Assembly: GCA_026625185.1 (NCBI GenBank)
Contig: CP113000.1
Span: 1,815,622 to 1,847,621, forward strand
Origin: Thermodesulfobacteriota bacterium
GTDB taxonomy: Bacteria; Desulfobacterota; WTBG01; JAGOGO01
Direction of reading: 5' to 3'
Length of the DNA: 32,000 bases
This document shows, piece by piece, positions 25,451 to 32,000 of the stretch. The notes under the pieces are model-generated. The model saw only the letters and a list, made by a program, of their open reading frames with translations, searched no databases and was not told where the DNA came from. The translations under genes and the position numbers were made by a program. Each line of letters opens with the position of its first letter. The first letter of the stretch is position 1.

Positions 25451-25619
25451 GACATTCTTATCACTGGATTGGGGTAGAAGATTCTTATAATTATTTACTG
25501 CTGGAAGATGCGGCTCACGCTCCCTCCCACGATCACTCCCGATTATTTAAATATGAATTTATTTCCATCCATGTTAAGGTAAACACCATAACCTTATCGG
25601 TTTCATCGGGAGTTGTTCC

Positions 25620-28274
25620 ATGCCATCACAACCTTGTCTTTACCTGATTGACGGGAGTTCCACCATCTACCGGGCTTATTTTGCCCTTAAAAATTTGTCG
25701 AGTACCAAGGGATTTCCTACCAACGCAATCTACGGATTTACCTCCATGTTAGTAAAGCTTTTGGAGGATTATCACCCCGAATATTTAGGGATCGTGTTTG
25801 ATTCTAAAGGGCCAACCTTTCGCCACAAAATGTATGATAATTACAAAGCGACCCGACCTGGTATGCCGGATGACCTCAGTATTCAGATTCCGTATATCAA
25901 ACAAATTGTTCATGGTTTTAGGATTAACGCTTTGGAGCTTGAAGGGTGTGAGGCGGATGATGTGATCGGAACGATAGCCAAGCAAGCAAGCGCGGCTGAC
26001 GTTCCTACCATTATAGTTTCGAGCGATAAAGATTTTTGTCAACTCATAGATGAAAACATCAGTATTTTTGATCCCCGCATCAATAAAGTTTCCGGTATCA
26101 AAGAAGTTCAGGAGCGGTTTGGAGTTACTCCGGATAAGGTGGTTGAAGTTTTAGGTTTGTCAGGGGATGCTTCGGATAACATTCCGGGAGTAGCGGGGAT
26201 CGGAGAAAAGACCGCGATTAAATTGATCCAACAATACCAGGCAATAGAAAATCTTTATGCTCATCTCGAAGAAATCAGTGAACAAAACGTGAGGAACAAA
26301 CTAAAGCAAGGCTATGAAAGCGCTTACCTGAGTAAGGATTTGGTTACGATTGATACCAAGCTTTCTTTACCCTTTGACCTGCAACTTTTTAGGACAAATA
26401 AGCCTGATCCGAATATTTTGGAGCCGATTTTTAAAAAATTAGAATTCAGCCGATTTCTCAAGGAGATAATTCCTCAAAAGCCCCGGGAACAAAAAAACTA
26501 TCACCCCGTCTTAACGGAAGAGGACTTTCAAAAATTGCTTCTTACCCTCAAGAATGCCGAGGCATTCTCTTTGGTATTAGGAAAAACCTCTTCTGATCCG
26601 TTCTTGACGGAGGTGACCGGCCTTGCTTTCTCTTGCGGGTCTCAGCAGACCTTTTATATCTCGATAGATGATGGGGGGGTAAACGCTGATGAAGCCTTCA
26701 TTGGTTTAAAGCCGGTATTAGAGGATAGCCGAATAAAAAAATATGGACACAATATCAAACAAGACTATAAGGTCCTTTTTCGCAAGGGCATCACGCTCCA
26801 GGGTATCGGAGGAGATACCCTGGTCGCTTCGTATCTTCTCAACCCGTCTCGAAAGAACCATGAGCTAAAAGATATTGCTTTTGAGAATATGGATTACCGG
26901 ATGTTTACCTACGCTGATCGTGTTCGGTCAGGGAAAACCCGTCTTCCGTTAAACAGAAAACCGGAAGCGAACAGTGGTGAGCACTTGGCTGAGGAGGCAG
27001 AGGTTATTTTTTTGCTCGCCGGAGTCCTTTTCCCAGAGCTCAGAAAAAAGGGTTTGGATACCCTGTTTTTCGGAATTGAAATGCCTCTGGGAGAGGTCCT
27101 GGCCCGGATGGAGCAGGCGGGAATAAAAATAAATCCGGAATTATTGTTTTCCATGTCCCGGGAATTCGCCGAAAAACTCAAAGACCTGGAGGAGAAGATT
27201 TGCGCGTTGGCTGGCGTTCGTTTTAACATCAACTCGCCCCAGCAGCTTAGCGAGGTGCTGTTCGAAAAGCTTAACCTTCCGGTTATCGCGCGCACCAAGA
27301 CCGGATTTTCCACCAACGTTGACGTGCTCGCCAAACTGGCGCGGGTGCACGAAATGCCTGCTCTGGTGTTGGAGTATCGAAGCCTGGCCAAATTAAAATC
27401 CACCTATATTGATGCGTTGCCTAAGCTTATCAATCCCGAAACGGGACGGATACACACCACGTTTAGTCAAACAACAACGGCCACCGGAAGATTAAGCAGC
27501 AGTGAACCTAACCTCCAGAATATTCCGATCAGGGGAGAGTGGGGAGAAAAAATTCGACAGGCGTTTGTGACCGAAGAAGGTTTTGTTTTAGTCTCCGCGG
27601 ATTATTCCCAGATTGAGCTGAGGGTCATGGCTCATCTTTCCGGCGATAAAAATTTAAAGGAAGCGTTCTCCCACGGTCATGATGTTCACACTCGAACCGC
27701 GTCTGAGATATTTCTAGTGCCTTTGGAAGGGGTTACTCCGGCAATGCGGCGGGAGGCAAAGGTCATCAATTTTGGAGTCATGTACGGCATGAGCCATATG
27801 GGTCTTTCGGAAGAGCTGGGGATAACCAAGGGAGAAGCAAAAAAATATATTGAAAGCTATTTTCAAAAATATCAGGGAGTAAAGGATTATATTGACAAAA
27901 CACTAGCCATAGCCCGGGAACAAGGTCAGGTAACGACCCTTTCCAAACGGATTCGGTATATTCCCGAAATAAACAGCAGCAACCGGATGGCGCGTGAGTT
28001 TGCCGAACGGGTGGCTGTAAATACTCCTATCCAGGGAACAGCAGCGGATATAATAAAAATAGCCATGATCCGGATCCAGGCGCGGATTAAACAGGAAAAG
28101 GTTAATGCCCGGATGATCCTCCAGATTCATGATGAGCTTTTGTTTGAAACGTCAAAGAGTGATCTCCATAAGCTTATGACGCTGGTCAGAGAAGAGATGG
28201 AAGGGGCAATGGAGCTTGACGTGCCGATTGAGGTCAGCGTGGGATACGGAAAAAACTGGCACGAGGCTCATTAA
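25620..28274 (+). CDS. polA: DNA polymerase I
   Basis: The 5'-nuclease N-terminus is 'LYLIDGSSTIYRAYFA'. Pol A family motifs are 'DYSQIELRVMAHLSGD' (motif A), 'RREAKVINFGVMYGMS' (motif B) and 'QIHDELLFE' (motif C). The protein is 884 aa. Confidence 0.97.
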   Translation: MPSQPCLYLIDGSSTIYRAYFALKNLSSTKGFPTNAIYGFTSMLVKLLEDYHPEYLGIVFDSKGPTFRHKMYDNYKATRPGMPDDLSIQIPYIKQIVHGFRINALELEGCEADDVIGTIAKQASAADVPTIIVSSDKDFCQLIDENISIFDPRINKVSGIKEVQERFGVTPDKVVEVLGLSGDASDNIPGVAGIGEKTAIKLIQQYQAIENLYAHLEEISEQNVRNKLKQGYESAYLSKDLVTIDTKLSLPFDLQLFRTNKPDPNILEPIFKKLEFSRFLKEIIPQKPREQKNYHPVLTEEDFQKLLLTLKNAEAFSLVLGKTSSDPFLTEVTGLAFSCGSQQTFYISIDDGGVNADEAFIGLKPVLEDSRIKKYGHNIKQDYKVLFRKGITLQGIGGDTLVASYLLNPSRKNHELKDIAFENMDYRMFTYADRVRSGKTRLPLNRKPEANSGEHLAEEAEVIFLLAGVLFPELRKKGLDTLFFGIEMPLGEVLARMEQAGIKINPELLFSMSREFAEKLKDLEEKICALAGVRFNINSPQQLSEVLFEKLNLPVIARTKTGFSTNVDVLAKLARVHEMPALVLEYRSLAKLKSTYIDALPKLINPETGRIHTTFSQTTTATGRLSSSEPNLQNIPIRGEWGEKIRQAFVTEEGFVLVSADYSQIELRVMAHLSGDKNLKEAFSHGHDVHTRTASEIFLVPLEGVTPAMRREAKVINFGVMYGMSHMGLSEELGITKGEAKKYIESYFQKYQGVKDYIDKTLAIAREQGQVTTLSKRIRYIPEINSSNRMAREFAERVAVNTPIQGTAADIIKIAMIRIQARIKQEKVNARMILQIHDELLFETSKSDLHKLMTLVREEMEGAMELDVPIEVSVGYGKNWHEAH

Positions 28275-28467
28275 AGTTTGCATGAATGAGAAGGTCTCCG
28301 CTTGCTCCTTCAAAGCATAAAAGCATGGCCAATAAACACCGGGTAAAAAAGCCGGATGGCCGGAAGAGAAGGTGAAAAATTTTTCAGGCGCTGTTCCTGA
28401 TGGCAACCAGCCGAATGGATTTTGTCCGGAAACCGGATAACTACTGATTCATCTGAGGAAAATATTT

Positions 28468-28761
28468 ATGAGTTTGTTTGAAGCGATAATGCTTATTTGT
28501 TTTGGAGTAAGCTGGCCAGTGTCAATTGCAAAAGCTTTGCGCACAAAAGTGGTGGCTGGGAAAAGTCCTCTTTTTATGGGGATCGTTTGGATAGGCTATT
28601 TGAGCGGCATTATTCACAAGATTTTATATTCCTTTGATTGGATAATCTCACTTTATATTTTTAATATGATAATGGTGTCCATCGAATTCATTTTGTATTA
28701 TAAATATCTGCCGCAAGAAAGTAACAGTACCGCAATGATATGCGAGAGGGATGAGTTGTAG
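28468..28761 (+). CDS. Small 3-TM membrane protein, PQ-loop / SemiSWEET-like
   Basis: The RBS is TGAGGAAA. Three hydrophobic helices are present, and the first loop 'SWPVSIAKALRTKVVAGKS' resembles the PQ-loop motif (..PQi.k..rtks..g.S). The family call is from memory only. Confidence 0.5.
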   Translation: MSLFEAIMLICFGVSWPVSIAKALRTKVVAGKSPLFMGIVWIGYLSGIIHKILYSFDWIISLYIFNMIMVSIEFILYYKYLPQESNSTAMICERDEL

Positions 28762-28836
28762 ATCTCTCGATTGCTTCCTTTGGTCATGCCGCGATTGATT
28801 GAACGTAATCCCTGCAATGTGCAGGACCAGACTACC

Positions 28837-28953
28837 GGGAAGGTTTTTTTCTTGAGTGTTCCCCACATGCGTGGGGATGAACCGGATTTTTTCTGGTACG
28901 AGGCGGATAGAGAAAAAATCCAAGAGGTGGTCTCGCCCCGCGCGGATGCGTAA
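28837..28953 (+). pseudogene. Possible remnant of the 5' end of a DegT/EpsN-type sugar aminotransferase gene
   Basis: The frame reads 'GKVFFLSVPHMRGDEPDFFWYEADREKIQEVVSPRADA*'. 'LSxPHMxGxE...EA....I....P..DA' resembles the N-terminus of EpsN/PglE-like PLP aminotransferases. There is no ATG or RBS, and the frame stops after about 39 codons. Confidence 0.3.
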
Positions 28954-28967
28954 TTTGAAACCATTAA

Positions 28968-28995
28968 TTGACAAAAAGCTTTTTACAGATATAAT
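28968..28995 (+). promoter_or_regulatory. Near-consensus sigma70 promoter for murI
   Basis: TTGACA (28968-28973), a 16-nt spacer, then TATAAT (28990-28995), ending 55 nt before ATG 29051. Confidence 0.6.
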
Positions 28996-29050
28996 GGTCA
29001 GAATTGGTTTAACCGGCACGAGAGGGTGATAGGTATGGAGAATTTTTTCA

Positions 29051-29860
29051 ATGATTGGTTTTTTTGATTCCGGTTTCGGCGGATTGACGATTTTGCGCAG
29101 CGTGGTCGAACTGCTTCCGGATTATGATTATTGCTACCTGGGCGACAATGCTCGAGTTCCCTACGGCAACCGGTCTCAGGCTATTGTGTTTGAGTTTACT
29201 AAAGAGGCGGTGGACTTTCTTTTTCGGAAGGGATGCCCCCTGATCATCATCGCCTGCAATACTTCTTCGGCCAAGGCACTGCGGCGGATCCAGCAGGAGT
29301 ACCTTCCAGTTCTCTACCCGAGCCGACGAGTGCTCGGGGTCATTCGCCCCTCAGTTGAAGAAGTGGTGGAGCAGGGCTGCCTGAAGGTCGGAATTTTGGC
29401 TACCGAAGGAGTCGTGGCCTCGGAGGCCTATATCACCGAAATCAAGAAACTCAGCCCGACGGTAGAGATTTATCAGGAGGCTTGTCCCCTGTTGGTTCCG
29501 ATCGTGGAAGCCGGCGAACAGGACGGGGAAGCAACTGACCTGATTATTGCGAAATACCTACGCCGGCTTTTTAGTCAGGACAAGGATATTGATACTCTGC
29601 TGCTCGCTTGCACCCACTATCCGATCCTTCGCCGGCACTTCGAGCGGCTTGTTCCTCGTCAGGTCATTATCCTGGAACAAGGGCCTATCGTGGCGAGAAA
29701 ACTGAAGGACTATTTGATACGCCATCCGGAAATAGAACAAAGAATCTCCCAGGGAGGGACCCGAATCTTTCTGACCACTGATGCTTCGACCCGGTTCGAC
29801 CGCTTAGCCTTGACTTTTTTTGGAGAGCCGGTTGCCTCCCATCTCGTATCGCTGAGCTAG
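29051..29860 (+). CDS. murI: Glutamate racemase
   Basis: 'IGFFDSGFGGLTILRSV', 'IIIACNTSSA' and 'LLACTHYP' contain the two catalytic-Cys motifs. Confidence 0.9.
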   Translation: MIGFFDSGFGGLTILRSVVELLPDYDYCYLGDNARVPYGNRSQAIVFEFTKEAVDFLFRKGCPLIIIACNTSSAKALRRIQQEYLPVLYPSRRVLGVIRPSVEEVVEQGCLKVGILATEGVVASEAYITEIKKLSPTVEIYQEACPLLVPIVEAGEQDGEATDLIIAKYLRRLFSQDKDIDTLLLACTHYPILRRHFERLVPRQVIILEQGPIVARKLKDYLIRHPEIEQRISQGGTRIFLTTDASTRFDRLALTFFGEPVASHLVSLS

Positions 29861-29891
29861 TTGTCTGCGCTGCTTCCCCATGTACGGTGCG

Positions 29892-29993
29892 AAAATCACC
29901 GACGTTTGGAATAACCTTTATTTCTCTGTCCCCGGACGATTCAGAAGGAAGCAAAAGGGTCGGAGCTTTCCGAGGGCAAAAAGCGGTGATTTT
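29892..29993. other. 10-bp long-range inverted repeat between the convergent murI and acyl-CoA synthetase genes (possible bidirectional terminator region)
   Basis: AAAATCACCG (29892-29901) pairs with CGGTGATTTT (29984-29993) and is followed by TTC. An internal hairpin CGGA-GCTT-TCCG lies at 29961-29972. Confidence 0.3.
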
Positions 29994-29997
29994 TTCT

Positions 29998-31503
29998 TTA
30001 TATCAGATCGCGTCGGGAAACTTTTCCGGTTGAGGTTTTTGGCAAGGCGTCACGCGATTCTATTATTTTGGGAACCTTGAAATTTGCGAGATGCTCCCGG
30101 CAGAAAGCAAGCAGCGCTTTTTTATCGAGCCGTTTTCCCGGTTTCAGCACCACGACCGCTTTGATCGCCTGTCCCCGGTCTTCATCCGGAATCCCGACGG
30201 CTCCTGCCTCGAGGATGTCGTGATGTTTCAAAAGAACATTCTCCACTTCCGCGGGAAAGACATTTAAGCCCCCAGTAATAATCATATCGTCTTTTCTTCC
30301 CAGGTGGTAGACAAAACCGTCTTGATCTATCTTTCCCAGATCACCGGTATGGAGCCATCCATCCTTAATCATCTCCTGGGTGTCTTCAAGGCCATTATGG
30401 TAGCCCTTCATAACCATAGGCCCCTTAACAACGATCTCCCCGACCTCTCCGGGAGCAACTTCCTGGTCATTGCCGTCTAAGAGCCTTAATACTATCTCCG
30501 GCACGGGGAGGCCGATGCTTCCCATCTTGGTGTCGGCATAGTCAAGGGGCAAGAGCGTTATATAAGGCGAAGTCTCAGTAAGACCATATCCCTGGATGAC
30601 CTTTACTGTGGGAAAAGCGTGCCGGAATTCTTGCATCAGCGGCAAGGGGACATTTGTCCCCATCATGGAGACATAAACCAGGCTTTTTAAGTGGTATCGT
30701 TCGGGATGGGGCACGCGCAGAATGGCCTGAAAAATCGGCGGCACGCCGAAAAAATAGGTTACGCCAAAGCGGTCAACTTCTTCGAGAATGCGATCCGGCC
30801 GGAGATTTTCAAATAACACGATGGTTGAACCATTGAGGGCGATCATGTTGGATATGATGGGACCGGAAATGTGGGAGAGGGGGATGATGAAGCCAATGAC
30901 GTCATCTTCTCCTGCACCGACCATCCGATTCATGGTAAGCGGGTAATAATCCAAGTTCTTAAACGTGAGCACGACCCCTTTAGGCTTTCCGGTGGTTCCG
31001 GAGGTATAGAGGTAGAGTGCCTCATCCGCTTCATCAATCGCGACTTCCTCCAATCTTGTTGGGACATCCTCGCTTAAGAGAGCTTCTAAGCGAAAAGTTT
31101 CCGGGTGTTCGCCTTCAAAAAGCACCACCGTATGGAGCAGTCTCCGCGCCGCGCCTAAATCAGATTCAATTTCCACAAATTTATCCTTTAAGGTAAAGAG
31201 CGCTTTAACGTCCGCATCCATCAAGACGGAGAATAATTCATCTCCTTTAAAACGAAAGTCGAGCGGCACTCCGATTGCTCCCAGCCTGATTATCCCAAAG
31301 TAAATGATTATGAACTCGGGGATATTAGGGAAAACGATTGCCACGCGATCTCCCTTTTTGATTCCGCGGCGTGAAAGAAAAGTTGCCACCCGGTCAGCCC
31401 TCAGGTCAAGCTCGCTAAAAGTGAAAGACTTATTTCCAAAGATAACAGCCTTCTTATCCGGCAGTCGGGAAGCGGTTTTTCGTAGTACTGTTCCGACATT
31501 CAT
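29998..31503 (-). CDS. AMP-dependent acyl-CoA synthetase / ligase (FadD-like)
   Basis: The AMP-binding motif is 'LYTSGTTGKPKGVVLT'. 'GYGLTE', 'TGDLGKIDQDGFVYHLGRKDD' and the C-terminal 'PKTSTGKVSRR' are also present. Confidence 0.9.
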   Translation of the reverse strand: MNVGTVLRKTASRLPDKKAVIFGNKSFTFSELDLRADRVATFLSRRGIKKGDRVAIVFPNIPEFIIIYFGIIRLGAIGVPLDFRFKGDELFSVLMDADVKALFTLKDKFVEIESDLGAARRLLHTVVLFEGEHPETFRLEALLSEDVPTRLEEVAIDEADEALYLYTSGTTGKPKGVVLTFKNLDYYPLTMNRMVGAGEDDVIGFIIPLSHISGPIISNMIALNGSTIVLFENLRPDRILEEVDRFGVTYFFGVPPIFQAILRVPHPERYHLKSLVYVSMMGTNVPLPLMQEFRHAFPTVKVIQGYGLTETSPYITLLPLDYADTKMGSIGLPVPEIVLRLLDGNDQEVAPGEVGEIVVKGPMVMKGYHNGLEDTQEMIKDGWLHTGDLGKIDQDGFVYHLGRKDDMIITGGLNVFPAEVENVLLKHHDILEAGAVGIPDEDRGQAIKAVVVLKPGKRLDKKALLAFCREHLANFKVPKIIESRDALPKTSTGKVSRRDLI

Positions 31504-31550
31504 AATTCGCTCACCTTTCGTAAAAAAAAGCTTAAACCAAACGCCAATAA

Positions 31551-31607
31551 TAAAATAAAGGGATTGGGAACCTCAGGAATATACATGCAATTCATAAATT
31601 CCCAATC
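31551..31607 (-). terminator. Hairpin plus T-rich tract after the outer-membrane protein gene
   Basis: GATTGGGAA (31562-31570) pairs with TTCCCAATC (31599-31607) across a 28-nt loop. On the minus strand it is followed by CCTTTATTTTA. Confidence 0.4.
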
Positions 31608-31658
31608 ACTCGCTGAGCACATTTGTCACATTTGAAAAGTTAACGCTAAGACAACCAG

Positions 31659-32000
31659 TTAAAAGCCGTATTTAATCTCACAATACACCTCATCATTGTC
31701 CCGGAATTCACCGAGAAGGGTTCCCCGTTTTCCCCAGAACATATGACCGCCTACGGCGACATTCAGGTAGTCCCTGACCTCGTACTCGATCCGGGGCGAT
31801 ATTCTCCACTCGTTTAGCGTTCCGTACATGAACAGGCAATCGGGCTTGATTCTTTCATGCATGAAGTCAGTGGAGATTCTGGTGGTTAAAAAGGTATAGT
31901 ATTTATTGAGTCGGGCATTGGTCGGACCAAAAAGAAGATTATTCCCATTTTCGCTGGTTTTGTTTGTCACGAGTTGGATGAACTGAAAACTGGCCAGCCA
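31659..32000 (-). CDS. Outer-membrane beta-barrel protein, C-terminal part (5' end outside the window)
   Basis: The minus-strand frame stays open to nt 32000. The C-terminus '...DEVYCEIKYGF' ends in an aromatic residue with an alternating hydrophobic pattern, which is the OMP beta-signal. It possibly resembles DUF1302, but I am not sure. Confidence 0.5.
   Translation of the reverse strand, partial: WLASFQFIQLVTNKTSENGNNLLFGPTNARLNKYYTFLTTRISTDFMHERIKPDCLFMYGTLNEWRISPRIEYEVRDYLNVAVGGHMFWGKRGTLLGEFRDNDEVYCEIKYGF

Noticed and set aside
25268-25477. 69-aa ORF in the SPOR-polA spacer.
   Set aside because: It has a TTG start, no Shine-Dalgarno sequence and an Arg/Cys-rich N-terminus. Its apparent 'LKQ' repeats are simply the CTGAAACAAG DNA repeat. 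I treated the region as non-coding (see finding).
26909-27403. 164-aa and 69-aa minus-strand ORFs inside polA.
   Set aside because: They are antisense shadows of a relatively G+C-rich part of polA, with Arg/Ser-rich composition and no RBS.
28257-28290. TGGCAC...TTGCA near the polA stop as a sigma-54 promoter.
   Set aside because: The spacing between the GG and GC elements is about 15 nt instead of the required fixed spacing (TGGCAC-N5-TTGC).
28275-28467. Possible riboswitch upstream of the small PQ-loop-like membrane protein (short CCGG hairpins, TCCGG-AAA-CCGGA at about 28421-28433).
   Set aside because: It has only short, low-information hairpins and no match I can recognise to any riboswitch core. 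It is not distinguishable from an ordinary spacer by eye.
28648-29019. 123-aa and 88-aa minus-strand ORFs.
   Set aside because: They overlap the better-supported 97-aa membrane-protein gene, which has an RBS and three clean TM helices. They also overlap the murI promoter, and I recognise no motifs in them.
1-32000. Searched for CRISPR arrays, tRNA/rRNA/tmRNA/RNase P/SRP signatures, transposase/integrase/recombinase genes, reverse transcriptase, phage genes, toxin-antitoxin pairs and known defence-system genes.
   Set aside because: No translation carries the relevant catalytic motifs. There are no arrays of regularly spaced repeats and no tRNA-like T-arm (GGTTCGAATCC-type) strings. The window looks like core chromosome. 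Short or divergent elements could still be missed without Infernal or HMM searches.

Overview
The window reads as an ordinary bacterial chromosomal segment. G+C looks moderate to low by eye (not computed), genes are densely packed on both strands, and nearly all are housekeeping.

Gene order, left to right:
- 3' part of a PilY1-like type IV pilus gene, then an Ig-like lipoprotein
- heptose-1-P adenylyltransferase (RfaE domain II type)
- PHP phosphoesterase and a DUF2156 protein
- a translationally coupled pabA-pabB-pabC operon (minus strand)
- a PC4-like ssDNA-binding protein
- a minus-strand block: alr, IMP-cyclohydrolase-only purH, purD, an unknown 260-aa gene, purE
- a 755-aa TPR protein, a DRG/Obg-type GTPase with TGS domain, and an AMIN + Amidase_3 cell-wall amidase
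- a plus-strand run: HAD hydrolase, Rho_N-like basic protein, YqeY, CvpA, hisI
- a convergent Hanks-type Ser/Thr kinase with its catalytic domain at the C-terminus
- a zinc-ribbon/SPOR protein, polA, and a small 3-TM PQ-loop-like protein
- murI, an acyl-CoA synthetase, and the 3' end of an outer-membrane barrel gene

I recognised no rRNA, tRNA, CRISPR array, transposase, integrase, phage gene, toxin-antitoxin pair or known defence gene.

I could not find a convincing multi-gene novel system. The leads worth following are non-coding or architectural:
1. An ORF-poor spacer of about 375 nt upstream of polA, packed with CTGAA/TTCAG hairpins and repeats.
2. A structured, purine-rich leader of about 170 nt ahead of pabABC.
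3. A small REP-like palindromic family (TTCTAACGGGG...) in several spacers.
4. A stand-alone IMP cyclohydrolase domain followed by a G/C hairpin cluster.
5. An inverted-architecture kinase with an unassignable N-terminal region of about 420 aa.
6. A probable aminotransferase gene remnant just upstream of the murI promoter.

All family assignments come from motifs read in the supplied translations. No database search was run.
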